In this document: positions 1-13,874 of the stretch, in pieces
Numbering within the stretch: the first letter of the stretch is position 1
How the letters are laid out: each line of letters starts with the position of its first letter
Assembly: GCA_030141605.1 (NCBI GenBank)
Contig: JAQGDQ010000670.1
Span: forward strand, 1-64,000
Length of the DNA stretch: 64,000 nucleotides
DNA from: Tubiluchus corallicola
Taxonomy: Eukaryota > Animalia > Priapulida
Direction of reading: 5' to 3'
The notes under the pieces: generated by a model
The model's input: the letters and a program-made list of their open reading frames with translations, nothing else
What the model was told of the DNA's origin: nothing
The model's database searches: none
Position numbers and translations under genes: made by a program

Positions 1-170
1 TATGTAGTCTTTGGTCACAACCCTGGGTTAGACCAAAGACTACTCTGGGGTTAGGCCAAAGACTACCCTGGGTTAGACCAAAGACTACTCTGGGGTTAGA
101 CAAAAGACTACATTGGGGTTAGACCAAAGACTACTCTGGGGTTAGGCAAAAGTCTACCTGGGATGTAGTC
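1..170. repeat. Minisatellite, ~23 bp unit (CTGGGGTTAGACCAAAGACTACT), ~6 copies, with inverted partial units at the ends
   Basis: Repeated GGGTTAG(A/G)CCAAAGACTAC. TGTAGTCTTTGGTC at 3-16 is the reverse complement of the unit. Confidence 0.85.
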
Positions 171-774
171 TAATGGAAGCAAGCAATTCTGCCAGTCATT
201 CGTAAAAATGGTAGCTTCAGCATCTGTTGACTGGATAAGCATCTTGTTGGTTTACATTTTTTCCACTTTGTGGCGTAACTGCTCGTAAGAGTTCAAGTAC
301 AGTATACGCTCCATCAGGTTATGACAAATTTGATTATGAGACTGAATTCATTCAAGAGCAATAGTGATGGCATGATTAGATGCGAACTCAGGCCTAATGC
401 TGAGAATAAAATTGGAGCGAAAGCTGACGATTAATTCAAGCGATGCAAAGCATTGTCATCTTTTGAGAGCCATCTATCTGATTTTAAATATGATAATCCA
501 CAAGCAAGCGTCTGTTTCAAAATTTTCAATTGTTAATTGCGATCGTAGTGAACGATTACGTAAGATGTATCTAATCGTAAACCATGAGAATTAATTTTTG
601 CACCAGGGTTTAGCGCGCAATTCAATCCTCTTGAGTAATTTTCATGCACCAAGTTCTAGCTGGAAGCTAGTAGGTTGCTTTGCTTACACTATCCCGTAAA
701 CTATTGATATTCCAGACTAATGTTCGTGACACGAAATTAGTTTTATATGTGCAGAGAATGAAAGAGTTGTCATC

Positions 775-1008
775 CGCAAAGGATGCTAATGGTAGCGTGG
801 TGGCTTACCACCCGGGAGGTCGTGGGTTCAACTCCCAACCGAGTCATACCAAAGACTTGAAAAATGGTACCAATACTTCTTAGACTAAGCACGCGGGTTT
901 ATCGAAGTAACATGCGGGTAATAATAATCGGGACCATCTTGGAAATACGTACTGACTTACTTAAGGTGTTATCTTTCGACTATGTCCTAAACGAAATTAT
1001 TATTATTG
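775..1008 (+). mobile_element. tRNA-derived SINE, probably MetaSINE-type core
   Basis: A-box-like TGGTAGCGTGG, B-box GGTTCAACTCCC (825-836), then GTCATACCAAAGACTTGAAAAATGGTACC resembling the Meta central domain as I recall it. Ends in a short (TTA)n tail. Confidence 0.7.
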
Positions 1009-3147
1009 TATGTAGCGGATTATCGATTTTATAAATCTGAACTCCGTTTCGAATCGCAGTCATTTTTAAATACACAAAAGAATTTTTTGTAGTCATTTTT
1101 GTAATAAAGCACTTGTAGTTAACATAATCACCATGACTGTCGCGGTGCATTTGCGATTAGTCCATGCCATCTCTGGCAATTATTTCCATCTTTATACGTG
1201 GAAATGTAGATCAAGTTGGATAAATAATTTCTTTATATCTTCTCTTCCTTCGCTGAGCTTGCTAGACTGCTTTAATATTTGATGACACATTTTAACAGAC
1301 TAAAGTCTTACCAGGAGTGAATCTTGCACAGTTAATGGATGCTGCACCGAGCATAATTTTAAATGTAACGCCAGCAATTCGTAATATTTCGCCTAAAATC
1401 ACAGTACATTTATCTTGATCTGATATCTTGTCTCTAAGGCATTTGTTCACACAAGCCTCTTTAATGATATTGAGCTGAACAGGGAACGGTGCATTATACA
1501 GTTCTATTCATAGGCACCAGGTCAGCCAACCTACAGGTAATGTTATGACCTCCACTTTAAACTAGGAAGCCCATAACATTACCTGCGATTGGTTGAGCAG
1601 TGGTTTCCTGTGGAAAGAACAAACACGTGACATCGTCAGTTGTCTTCTGGTTGTCGTGGAATGCACTTCTCCTGTCTGCCTGCCGAGTGTCGTGGAGGTA
1701 AGGTTTGAAGCATTGTCATCAGGTTTTGTTTTTTCTATTGTGTTGTTCTTCTCAGCCGTCCCTTTTGAATTCTAAGTTTTGGTTTTGTTGTTTCTTTTTT
1801 TCAATTTCTGGAGCGTCCGTTATGCAGCGCTTACCCGCATCACCGATGGCGGGCCGTAAGGCTATCTACCGGGTCAAACCCCGGAACAATATTATGCATG
1901 CGTCTATCATGGTCAATGCTGTCTATGACTTGCGTTGCTTGCTTACAACCTGCGTGAGTTCAGATGTCAACATCCTGTCTCACTTTTGCATTGTCTTCTC
2001 TCATTTATTCTCTCCTCATTAGCATTATCAGCTTTAGCGTCGCGAACCGCATCTTTCATTTTTTGAATCTCGTTTGTTAGAGTGAGAATAAGACTGAGAG
2101 TTATGAGTTTAGTAGTCAAGGAGTCAGCATGTAGTACGGAGAAAATTTAAGCCATTCTTTTCCTGACAGTGGATTTGCATTCAGGACCACTGTAACAAAC
2201 ACATTACCTTGGGTAGTCATTTCATCATTGGAACAAAATTTGGAACATTGTTGAAAATGGCCTCCAACACAATTACTTCTTTGTGTTGTCTTGTCTTTGA
2301 AGGACATAGGGAACTGAATTTGCTGTACAAACACAGATTTTCCACGTCTATGAGTGAGTCCTTTGGTTGTGTTAGTTGTGTACTATATGTGAAAGTTATT
2401 TGTGAAGTTGAAATTGAACACTTGTAGAAAACAACTAAACACCAGATTACATGTTGGCACAAAAACTGAAACACTTTTATTGCACTAAATACACAGTAAA
2501 ATGCACAAGTAAAATGCAGATAATAAGCTGCACAGCACTGAGTGTGTGACAGAGAGACAGTGCGTCCCATGAGTTGCACGACTGCACTGCCTGAGACAGA
2601 GAGTGACTAGCAGTGAAATCTAGCCAGTTTATATAGGTTGAGAACTATGCAAAAACTTGGCTTCACATATCCCATTACAGTAAAAATAGGGGAGATCCAG
2701 TGAGTTTGCATATTCACTGGACCGAGCAATTGTACTAAGGGTGAGTTTAACTAGTAAAATGTTAAAGTGACTAATCAATAGATGGCAGCACCTAAAATAT
2801 ACAGTTACAACTTTCACACTATATGTTTTAGTCTAGGCTTGTTGTATAAACTAAAACTGTTTACAAAATGCGATCATATACGACCAAAATCATTAGAATG
2901 GTCAATTATTCTTTTAAACATCTGTGTGACCAGATCCAACTTACTAAGTGCGATTTTAGCATTGCATTTACAAAAGCTGGGCATTCAGGTAAAGCTTAGA
3001 AGATTTGCACCTGGTACATTTTACAACAACCGTACACTTGCACTATATATTGCACATTTTACAACCAGATGGTGTAAATTGTTGTGGTACAGGCTTTAGA
3101 CATTTACATGGATGACTATAATATCTAAATTGTGTGGCAGGACAGAA

Positions 3148-3163
3148 TTATTATTATTATTAC

Positions 3164-3248
<85 letters not shown>
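3148..3248. repeat. (TTA)n microsatellite, probable minus-strand LINE tail
   Basis: Near-pure TTA run followed by TTTATT (AATAAA on minus strand). Confidence 0.9.
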
Positions 3249-3249
<1 letters not shown>

Positions 3250-5863
3250 GTTTATTTCGTATAAAAATATACAGTTTACAAAGATAAAGATGTTAGTAAA
3301 ACAGGTAACGCGATGTTAGTAAAGTAACATATCTACAGACATTCAACTTTATAATAACCACACATTGTAGTTCCCTTGTAATTATATTACAGTATACAGT
3401 GTTGTAAGGAGCTTAATAGATATTTTAAAACATAATCTAAACAGAATTCTAATTTAGATGCTTGGAAACAAGAATACACTGTAAATATATAACGAGCATC
3501 TACAAATGCATTGGTAATTTTTAAATCATTCACTGTCCTTGCTAATAACAATACCGGTTGTTACACAGTTGGCTCACCTATCAAAAACTAATATTGCTGG
3601 CGGGAACAAATTCAAATACGTGGCAAATTTGATCCACTTTTGATGAAATTCATCATCTCAGAAACCGCAGGAACATAAACACAATATGTTGGAATGAGCA
3701 TATCAACACTACACTGGAGCGGGCTTCTGGATACATAAAATCTGATTTCATTTCATGCATTTCGGTGATAAATTTTGACAAACTTTCTGCGAGCAATGCA
3801 ATTATTGTATCGACTTAAGGCGCGCGGAAAGTGGCTTATGGTCACAGGAGGGAATTGCTGTGTAGCCATTTTATGGAATATTAGGTGCTTGCTGAAAAAT
3901 CATTTGCTCAAACATCAACTACATTTTATATAAATAAAATCAATAACTTCGCGAAGTTGTTGATCCCATTTGCAAAACGTGAGTGAACATTGGCGTTTTG
4001 CTCCCTAGAGGTCAGCACTGTGAAAAATGAGGTGATGGTGTGGGATTAATTGATGAAAGTAGTTTCAATGAAACGTGTATATCTATTTAAAAATTATACT
4101 TTGTAAGCAATAATAACATTGCAATATTAAAAAAACCGCCAAAACCTGAATCCTGTGGAGATGACTCAGGCAGCTGGTGGGGGGGGGGTGTCAAAGGTTC
4201 ACTTAAAAAGTCAAAGGACTACCAAGCAAAAATTAGTAGAACACGCAGGTGTAAATCAAAAAGCAGTTTCAGGTACGTCCTGCTTTGTATTGAGGTAATT
4301 ACAATTACCTGCACAGGTTAAGTTGTAAAGTTCTGTGTTATTTATTTCTCAGTATCTTTACTCACTGGGCCAAAAATGCTGTTTTCGTGCATTGACTAAT
4401 TCGATGGTGCCATAAATTTAGAAAGAGTTGAATTTTTTTTGAAAATTCTTAAAATTTAAATTTTTAAAACTTTCTAAAATGTATAAAAAATCAAGTTCAA
4501 CTTTATTGGGTTTAACTAAACAGTTTGGAAATCTGTACATCTTATATTTACTTATATACTATTGCCATAGACTAAAAGAAACATATAGTTTTAATAAAGG
4601 CATTTTTTGCTACATACTTCATTACTTCATTACACATTCAAAATAGTACGTTCATTCAAAAATAGTACATCAATTTTGCGACTTGGACTTCGGAGGTATT
4701 TAAGCTAACAAAATTCATATTGGATGTGTAACTCAAAACAACTGATTTCAGTTTTATTCTCAACTAGTTTTTCTCTCTGCTAATTAACGTTAAACAAAAC
4801 GCATCAGTGCGCTGGAGCCAAGTTATTACTTCAAGAAGATGGAAATTGTTTATACACGTCATCAAATCCTCTTTTTATAAGAATGGCACACCTGCTTGAA
4901 TATTTGATTGCAATGATGTGGCTTCACTGTCACTGGCAAACATAAGCTAAGGTCAAGGATGAGCAACATGCGTCATACCTTCGTTAAAACTTCTGCCAAT
5001 GACGACAAAATGTCGTATTTTTAGAATTCCGAAAAGCGCGTAGCAGTAATTATTAAAATGCAGTAATTTGAATAAATATCAAACCTATAAAAATCCTGCA
5101 ACTACAATTAGGCAAGCATCATCTGTCACAAAACGATGTTTTCCTATTAAAAACTCCCAAGAACTTTATCCTCAAGCCTAATTAATAAAAACAACTTTGT
5201 GCTAATGTTTCTTAAAGCATCTAGTTGGGTTTTATCAGTTAGCCTTGAATATAGTTGAGTATTTGCTTTTTCTAACAACTTTTCTTACCATTCTATGATC
5301 TTTTTTAATGCAAAATAAAAATACGAGATAAATGTTAAATAAAAACAAAGTGAAAAGGTATAAAACGTTTAACAATCATTATTATTATCACCTAAAATTA
5401 TTAGTCACACTTAATTTAATAAAATATTAACGATGAGTAAAAGTTGCAATTTCACTCAAGTATCTGTTAGCACATCCACACTTGTGGTCCTTTGATTGGT
5501 GGTTCTCAGACCATGCCACTGACAGGTGGTCCTTTAACGACTTTAAAGTGTTGAAAGTGATACTTTGCCTGTGGTGGTCTTTGACACGTGGTCCTTTGAT
5601 CGGCGGTCCTCAGTCCATCCCCCGACAGGTGACCCATTGACCACCTTTAATGGCTGTGTGGATAGGGTGTGGCCTTAACGAATCTGTTGATTATATAAGG
5701 AATTCGGTTACAACAATCTCTATAAAAAGAGACTGCAAATAATTGCACACGTTCGTAAAGTTTATTTAGAGTATCGCTAAAATTTTCCATAAAAAAGTGC
5801 ATATTACTATTGTTACTTCTTTTCTATTTTTTGCTATTTGTTCTAATCTGATTATCATTTTGT

Positions 5864-6320
5864 CCTACCTACCTACCTATCTACCTGCCTACCTACCTAC
5901 CTACCTACCTGTCTACCTACCTACCTACCTACCTACCTACACTACTAACTACCTACACTACTATCTACCTACCTACCTACCTACCTACCTGTCTACCTAC
6001 CTACCTACCTACCTACCTACCTACACTACTAACTACCTACCTACCTGCCTACCTACTTACCAGCCTACCTACCTACCCAAACTACCTATGTACCTACCTA
6101 CCCACCTACCTACCTACCTACCTACCTACCTACCTACCTACACTACTAACTACCTACCTACCTGCCTACCTACCTACCTACCTACCTACACTACTAACTA
6201 CCTGCCTACCTACTTACCAGCCTACCTACCTACCCAAACTACCTACCTACCTACCATACCTACCTACCTACCTACCTACCTACCTACCTACCTACCTACC
6301 TACCTACCTACCTACCTACA
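5864..6320. repeat. (CCTA)n microsatellite
   Basis: Imperfect CCTA run. Explains ORF 5797-6609 (YLPT repeats). Confidence 0.95.
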
Positions 6321-6792
6321 GACTTACTTGTCTAGCTACATTAAACACACAGCAATTATGTTTTCCACTCTTTGTTTACAAATTTTACATTTTTCTTATC
6401 ATAAATTTTTACTGCACTTTGTTTATTTCTTTCCTCTGGATCACTTAAGTTTCCGCTTCCGTGAATTGGCTCTCATTATCGATAGTTCCCTGCTTACAGC
6501 TTTATTTGTCCAAGTTCTTTCCTGTAAGATAGCAGCTTTGGGACAACGAGGAAGCATTTTTCTAAGCATCCCTCTAAAGAACAATTCAGGATGCTGGCTG
6601 ACCAGATAAGGTTTAGATTGAATAAAGACAGCCAGAGAGCCAATGAAAGCTCAATGATCTGCTTCATACCGTTTGTGAAATCTTTTGTATTCACGAATTC
6701 CTAGCGATAATTATTTATAAATCCCAAATGAACTACACAAAATTTTTGCACTCTGTTGACAGCGCGCTGTATAAACAGCATTGTGATTTTGA

Positions 6793-7040
6793 TCGAAGTG
6801 AATAAGCATTTTCACAGTTCCAGCGATTGATGATGATCGTGAAAAGGTCAAAGGTTAACTGTACCAGACAAAGCGTTTGTGTACATTTGACAGACCTGTT
6901 ACTGATAGCTCTTCTAAAACTTGGCCATTGTTTTTGAGACCCTCTCAACAATAGAAGCAAATCATTAGTGTATACCTGACAATGTCTCGCAGCCCATGCT
7001 ATTGTAATAGCAACTGTTTTAACAGCAAGCTAGAACCTTT
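6793..7040 (+). mobile_element. Unclassified interspersed repeat, copy 1 of 3 (others at ~29690-30060 minus and ~44999-45300 plus)
   Basis: Shared blocks GTGAATA..C.TTT..ACAGTTCCAGC, GATCGTGAAAAGGTCAA, GTACCAGACAA and GCAGCCC...CTATTGTA in all three loci. Confidence 0.7.
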
Positions 7041-7599
7041 CCTAGTTCATTTAAAGATAATTCACACTGACCTTCTAGACATTTCATAAACTTTAGATGG
7101 CTCGTAAAGGTCAAGCGGGATTTTCAATTCGCTTCATAACTCTGTTCAATTGTGCAATTGGGGCCACAGGTGTCTGTTGTAACAGTCATAATTCATGGAT
7201 CAGCAACATTGGCTGCAGGGAACTCTTACGGGAATCAATTGCGCATGATCCTAGCAGAGCGCAAATGCAGTTCTTAATTGACTAGAGCTTAAATCATTGT
7301 GGCTAATCTCCGTTGTTACAGTAAGCTACAGGTATAATAGTCTTAGTTTTTTGCTTCTTTTTTAAATGACGAAATAATAGTTATTATGCTAAAATGAAAA
7401 AACTAAAAGAAGAAATTAAAGTTTGGATGCAGCGGACCTTTTCTTATTGACAAGCAGGAGATTTAACAACTATAAAGGGCCGTCGTAGGTACTGAGTTGT
7501 CTATTTTCAGAGGGTGATTATAAACGAGTTGGGGAGATAGTCCGAGAATTTCCTCTCTAGAAATGGTTTCTTGTTGTGAAGCTTAAAAATTAAAGAAAA

Positions 7600-8414
7600 A
7601 TGACACATACAATGGCACATACAATAAATTACACTAATGCATTTGTGGCACATACAATGGCACATACAATAAATCACACTAATGCATTTGTGGCACATAC
7701 AATGGCACATACAATAAATCACACTAATGCATTTGTGGCACATACAATGGCACATACAATAAATCATACTAATGCATTTGTGGCACATACAACGGCACAT
7801 ACATACAATAAATCACACTAATGCATTTGTGGCACATACAATGGCACATACAATAAATCACACTAATGCATTTGTGGCACATACAATGGCACATACAATA
7901 AATCACACTAATGCATTTGTGGCACATACAATGGCACATACATACAATGGCACATACAATGGCACATCACACTAATGCATTTGTGGCACATACAATGGCA
8001 CATACAATAAATCACACTAATGCATTTGTGGCACATACAATGGCAGATACAATAAATCACACTAATGCATTTGTGGCACATACAATGGCACATACAGTAA
8101 ATCACACTAATGCATTTGTGGCACATACAACGGCACATACATACAATGGCACATACAATAAATCACACTAATGCATTTGTGGCACATACAATGGCACATA
8201 CAATAAATCACACTAATGCATTTGTGGCACATACACATACAATAAATCACACTAATGCATTTGTGGCACATACAACGGCACATACATACAATGGCACATA
8301 CAATAAATCACACTAATGCATTTGTGGCACATACAATGGCACATACAATAAATCACACTAATGCATTTGTGGCACATACAATGGCACATACAAAAAATCA
8401 CACTAATGCATTTG
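7600..8414. repeat. Minisatellite, 45 bp unit (ATGCATTTGTGGCACATACAATGGCACATACAATAAATCACACTA), ~18 copies
   Basis: Direct tandem repeats with an internal 12 bp subrepeat. The HTNAFVAHTMAHTIN ORFs reflect the 45 bp period. Confidence 0.95.
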
Positions 8415-8517
8415 TATATTTTTATACTACATAAAAAAGCGAACAAAAAGAACTTCGAAATGTGGAATTTAACAAAACTAAAACTTCGGGACAAATTGAA
8501 AACAAAATTAAACTTAC

Positions 8518-8639
8518 TTGAAACTGATCACCCAAAAAAGCGACATGGCACTTGAATTCGGCTGTTTGTCCTTCTTTCACTGTGACGTCTTTTAATGCGG
8601 AGGTAAATTCTGGTAGACGTGCTTGGAGTTGCGTTTTGA
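8518..8639 (-). CDS. Coding exon: N-terminal half of an Ig-like domain, lachesin/DIP/IgLON-like cell-adhesion protein
   Basis: Minus strand tttttcatcacatttcag|TC AAA...TTT CAA|gtaagt. The 122 bp exon (phase 1 in, phase 0 out) reads (V)KTQLQARLPEFTSALKDVTVKEGQTAEFKCHVAFLGDQFQ, with the PEF..DVTV..G..A.F.C.V..LG pattern of Ig strands A-B. Confidence 0.88.
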
Positions 8640-8934
8640 CTGAAATGTGATGAAAAATAGATAATTATATTAAAGAATGCAACAGTTTCTCTGCCCGAAC
8701 AGATATTTTAATATCGATCACGTAAATTTTCAGCATAATCCGATAAATTTTGTAAATAATGTTACAATAATATGAAAATAGAACTGCCATGGACAATTAT
8801 TATTTAACAGCTGGTAAAAAAATCAAGAAAATGAGTAAATGCTAATGTTTTGCTTGTCACGTACTGCGAGTTTATTTGTGGGGAATGTCTGAGAAATATT
8901 ATACGTATACAAACGTAAGGCAGGTAGACAAAAA

Positions 8935-9536
8935 TTCACAGCTTCAACAACTAACCTGAGAAAAACTTTTAAATTCCTAATCATTGAAGCACACAAAGAA
9001 TATTATACTCTACTTTTTATATTTAAGTACATTAACAACATCAGCAAACCATTCCAGAATAACAGATTTACCTTTTTTCCAAATCCTATCGTTAATTCCA
9101 GAACAAGCAATCTAAAACAAATTAGGACAAATACCCACTATGGAACGAACTCTGTAATCAAACAAGCAATTCTACTTTGGAATTCTCTACCATTACACGT
9201 TAAACAAATCAAGTCCATATCAGCATTTAAAACAAAATTGAAATCACTAATATTAACCAGATATGAAATACCATCACACCAGTACGACAACAGACACAGT
9301 AACTCAGAATTGATATATCCACGGCCATATTAATTAAATCATAGTTTTTCCATTTTTTGTGCATAGTTGTAAATATGTTTGATTTTATTTGTCGTTACTT
9401 TCCATTACTGCACAGTAGTTTAGATTGCACTGACGCATTTGCCTTTAGCAGTGTAAGTTTTTATTAACTAACACTGATTGATCATCTCTGTAAAGTTTTT
9501 ATCAGTGATTATCAATGTATTTTAATGGCAAATAAA

Positions 9537-9569
<33 letters not shown>

Positions 9570-9575
9570 TATATA
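8935..9575 (+). mobile_element. CR1/L2-type LINE 3' fragment (family A, copy 1)
   Basis: Reads ...RTNTHYGTNSVIKQAILLWNSLPLHVKQIKSISAFKTKLK..., then 3' UTR, AATAAA and (ATT)/(AT) tail. Near-identical copy at 53378-53888. Confidence 0.88.
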
Positions 9576-10329
9576 CAGTGAGGTATCTCTAATTAAGGAA
9601 TTTGAATAAAATTCTCAGAGCTACAAACTGCAGTTATTCTCGTGTAAACAGCGCCATTATAAGCAACCACTCCGCAAGTGTCACAACACGTTCGGTTAAG
9701 CGGCTTCGTCAATATGCTAACTGTGAACTGGAGCTTCAAAGGTGACCTTAGAGTTAGTCCAGAATCAGCAGGCAGTAGAAGTCTCAAGCAATGTGGAAAA
9801 TTTAACTCGGGCTGAGCGGGCAGAAACTTTCGGAACGCCTTGTCCATAAAACTTTCCCGTCTCGTTTTGCGAAATGCAGCTGCTACCCACTTTTCTGACA
9901 CGGTAACTACAGTCAATTTATGTTTTAGTAGGCTGGTAAATTAGTGCCCTGGAAACGTTAATCAGGAATTATAAGTTTAGAAAACGCATATATCAGTTCA
10001 AAAATGCCATCAAAAATCATGCGCGAGCTTCAATTAAGCAGCTAATATTCTAAATTATTACAATTTGTTAATGCATGACTAGCGACCCGCGAGTTAGAAT
10101 TTAGTAAATCATCATTTCTAGAAAACTTCAGCTGATATCGATTAGCTATATAATCGCGTTCAGCCAAAACTGCCTGCAAATTAATCGCGGATTCTCAGCT
10201 GTTACACAAGATTAGAAGTTGCTTTAATTGTCTGTCAATTACGTAGCCATGATTGTTTATTTATTTTGTAGCTTTTTACGAATGTTCCTTCTAGGAAGAA
10301 AGAAAAATGTACAATGTACAAACAGAGAA

Positions 10330-10910
10330 GCCTACCTACTTGCCTACGTACCTACCTAGTTGCTTGTCTAGTTAAATACCTAGCTGCCTACCTACCTACC
10401 TACCTACCCAAACTACCTACCTACCTACCTACCTACCTATCTACCTATCTACCTACCTACCTACCTACCTACCTACCTACCTACCTACCTACCTACCTAC
10501 CTAGCTGCCTACCTACCTACCTAGTTGCTTGTCTAGTTAAATACCTAGCTGCCTACCTACCTACCTACCTACATACATACATACCTACCTACCTACCCAA
10601 ACTACCTACCTACCTACCTACCTACCTACCTACCTATCTACCTACCTACCTACCTACCTACCTACCTACCTACCTACCAACCTACCTACCTACCTACCTA
10701 CCTACCTACCTACCTACCGACACCTACCTACCTACCTGCCTACCTACCTACCTACCTACCTACCTACCTATCTGCCTGCCTATCTATCTATCTATCTACC
10801 TATCTACCTATTTGCCTACCTACCTATCCACCTACATACCTACCTACCTAGCAACCTGTCTTCCCCCCTACTTACATAACTGTCCACCTACCTACGTACC
10901 TGCCTACTTA
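10330..10910. repeat. (CCTA)n microsatellite
   Basis: Imperfect CCTA/TCTA run with an internal duplication of CTAGTTGCTTGTCTAGTTAAATACCTAGCTG. Confidence 0.95.
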
Positions 10911-11446
10911 CAGACCACACGTTCACTGACCCGCCAATCAAATGTCTGACCACTGATCAGCTGACTAACTAGCAATGAAACAACTCATTTGACTAACAAT
11001 GTACATATAAAACTAACAACCTATGTCTAAGACGAACCCATTCGTTAATCAAATTTAGTATTCGTGCGTTGATATCTCCGCGTACCCATTTGTGAAATTT
11101 ATGATCTATTTAACTATTCATGACTACCTTGCATAAAAACTGTTAGCGATAATTAGATCATAAAATACTGCAGCAATTATTTATAATATCTTTACTCGAC
11201 GAAGCCAGCAAATTATAAGACATAAACGCAAAGTTTTACACGAATCTTGTTTAATGTTTCAAGATTCGCCAGTGAGTGTAACAGCCTAGAATTCCTTTGC
11301 AAAGAAGAGTAAATAAAAAGCTTTTCTCCTAGGCAGCTAGCTTGCTAATTCAAAGCAAAGCTATAGAGTAATCCTATGTAGCATAGTCTACCCTATTAAA
11401 TAACCATAAAAGTCTGCGGTGTGCATTTTACATTATTTTTTCAAGA

Positions 11447-11731
11447 GATATATGTTCTCCTCAGCTAATAGTAAAATACCAGTACCCCCCTCGGCCCGTT
11501 CCCGTTCTCTACATCTCAGCCGTATAACTTTTGCAATTTTTTGCAAAAAACGCCCGAAAAAGGGCCATTTTTGGAGGTTTTTCGCCTCCCCCTCCTCCCG
11601 GTGGGCCCGATTCGAAAAATAAACCATCAATGGCACGACACTAGATCGAGACCTTTCGTTTGATGTATAGATCGCCGCAAATGGTGCCCTCGTCCGGGCT
11701 GTAGCCTCGAATCTTATATATATATTAAGAT
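11447..11731. mobile_element. Possible non-autonomous Helitron/HINE-like element
   Basis: GC-richer insert with short hairpins, ending in the quasi-palindrome ATCTTATATATATATTAAGAT. Class is inferred. Confidence 0.35.
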
Positions 11732-12030
11732 ACCAAGAATATTAATATATAGATGAGCAGAAACAGGTGTACGATGCATCGTGCGGACTTAGCTAAGGAC
11801 CTGTCAGCAAAAGTTAAGCATCAGAGACTTTGAATTGTACTGGGATGTATGTCAACGTAGCCGAAACTATATCTCTAATCTTTGAAATCTGGTAGAAGAT
11901 CCTAATAGATGCAGTTAAAATGTCGAGGAAACGTGACTAGTATTATGTAATGTAATTATCATCAACGATATATAAGCTATGATAATCGTGTTAAAAATCA
12001 TACTTAATTTGCTAATTGGGCGAAGCTATT

Positions 12031-12733
12031 TTAACTAACAAGAAAATGGGTACCTGAAATAGGTTTCAGAAAAATCGCCTTAAAAAATTATATTACTTTA
12101 TAGCAATTTTATGCATATATTGTACTCGCGTTGAAAGTAATATTCTTTTGTTTGTTTTCATTTCAAATCTCCCGCAATGCTGTTGCGACGGCGCCATTAC
12201 ATGACGTCATAGACGTACAACGTAAATCAGGGGAAGAAAAGGCAATGTTAAATGTCCCAAAAACTTTCTGTGCAAATCCATATTTAGCATATCCATAGCA
12301 TTTGCTTACCTGTTGGAAAGACTCATGTAACTAGAAGTAATTTAAAATGTTTTCACCAATTGGTAAAATGTCGGTGACCCACTTCCAAGGTGCGCCACTC
12401 ACTAACGACTCAAAAACCTATTTTTATGCTTATTTACAAGATACAGTTAATAAAAATTTTACTTAGTTAGTAAGGAATGCTACGAATGTATGCTACGTAA
12501 TGCTCTGATTATTTTTTCAAACTTCGCTCGATATTATCTAAACTTGTTTCAAACGACTTACACTTAAAATGGCTGCGCCTAACAGTCATCGCGGGAGTTA
12601 AAACTTACATGTTTTATGCAGCGTTACTGCTAATGCAAGCCCTGCATGCAAAAAGGCAGTATGTATGTGGTATGACGAATTTCAAGACGAATTTTTAAGC
12701 TTTGTGGAAGTGGTGGGTTTTCTTGTGCTTTAA
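12031..12733. mobile_element. Kolobok-like non-autonomous DNA transposon (TTAA-flanked)
   Basis: Left TTAA-CTAACAAGAAAA and right TTTTCTTGTGCT-TTAA form an imperfect TIR. The left ~80 bp matches 21140-21220 in inverted orientation. Confidence 0.55.
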
Positions 12734-13006
12734 GGACCTAGAAACAGTTGCTCAGAGAACCTCTCGCACCGTTTTCCTCTGCGTCAGTCTCTCTTTTTAG
12801 AAATCCCAGCTTTCCTGACATATATCGTATTCATTAAAGATGAATGATAACCTTCAGGTTAATGCACTTTCTCCAAGCTCAGTGGAGACAATAAAAACAA
12901 ACGTTGTTTTATTTTATCTAAATGTTTTATTTCGACTCATAAAAAAACTTCTACTAAAAATTACAGTAAAAGGAAGGAATTTACAATATAAACCCACACA
13001 AACCTA

Positions 13007-13440
13007 CTCTAACCCTATCCGTAACCCTTATCCTAACCTTAACCCAACTCTAACCCTAACCCTAACCCCAGCCCTAACCCTAAACCAACGCTAACCCTAA
13101 CACTAACCCTAACCCTAATCCTAACCCTAAACCAACGCTAACCCTAAAACTAACCCTAACCCTAACCCTAGCCCTAATCCTAACCCTAACCCAACCCTAA
13201 CACTAACCCTAACCCTAACCCTAGCCCTAATCCTAACCCTAACCCAACGCTAACCCTAACACTAACCCTGACCCTAACCCAACCCTAACCCTAACCCTAA
13301 CACCAACCCTAACCCTAACCCTAATCCTAACCCAACCCTAACCCTAACTCTAACCCTAACCCAACCCTAATTCTAAGCCTAACCCAACGCTAACCCAACC
13401 CTAAACCATCCCTAACCCCAAATTTAATCCACACCCTAAT
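13007..13440. repeat. Degenerate interstitial (CCCTAA)n telomere-like repeat
   Basis: ~430 bp of CCCTAA with variants (CACTAA, CCCTAG, CGCTAA, CCCAA). Confidence 0.9.
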
Positions 13441-13874
13441 CCGAACTAATTTCTTCTGCTTTGGAATTGTAAATTTTAGCCAAGTAAAGAATATTACCCA
13501 ATGCACTAAAATCCCTATAGAAAATAATGAAATAAAAAGGCGAGAAATAGTTGGCCATTTAGTAAGTAATATAACGGTTCTTTCAACATCGAACGATTCT
13601 GTATTCTGTTTTCCTGAGTGCAATAAAATAATTTTTTAAAGTTTTTTTCTAAAATTTAGCTGACGAATGTAGCAACACTTTCTGTACGTATGTTCAAAAA
13701 ACATAAAACTACTCTATATAGAGAGTATTAGTAACTCGTCAGCACACAAGACATAGTTTGTGACTAGATCATCTAAATTATAAGTAGGATTTTTATTAAT
13801 CATTAAGCATTGAGATATTAACAACAAATCATGAAAAGCAAGTGTCATTAGTCAAAATTTATAATACTACAGTA

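Noticed and set aside
1100-1172. MAWTNRK as the next Ig exon
   Set aside because: Continuation is not Ig-like and stops after ~25 codons.
6450-6700. Partially open frames on both strands, including one with an in-frame TGA
   Set aside because: No recognisable domain, no convincing splice pair, and no SECIS evidence.
9593-9916. 107 aa minus-strand ORF
   Set aside because: No ATG start or known motif. Probably part of a DNA-transposon relic starting TA|CAGTG near 9575.
12310-12330. 21 bp minus-strand microexon candidate (ttctag|...CAG|gtaagc) in the Ig-gene intron
   Set aside because: It reads V-T-stop in the required phase and lies inside a Kolobok-like element.
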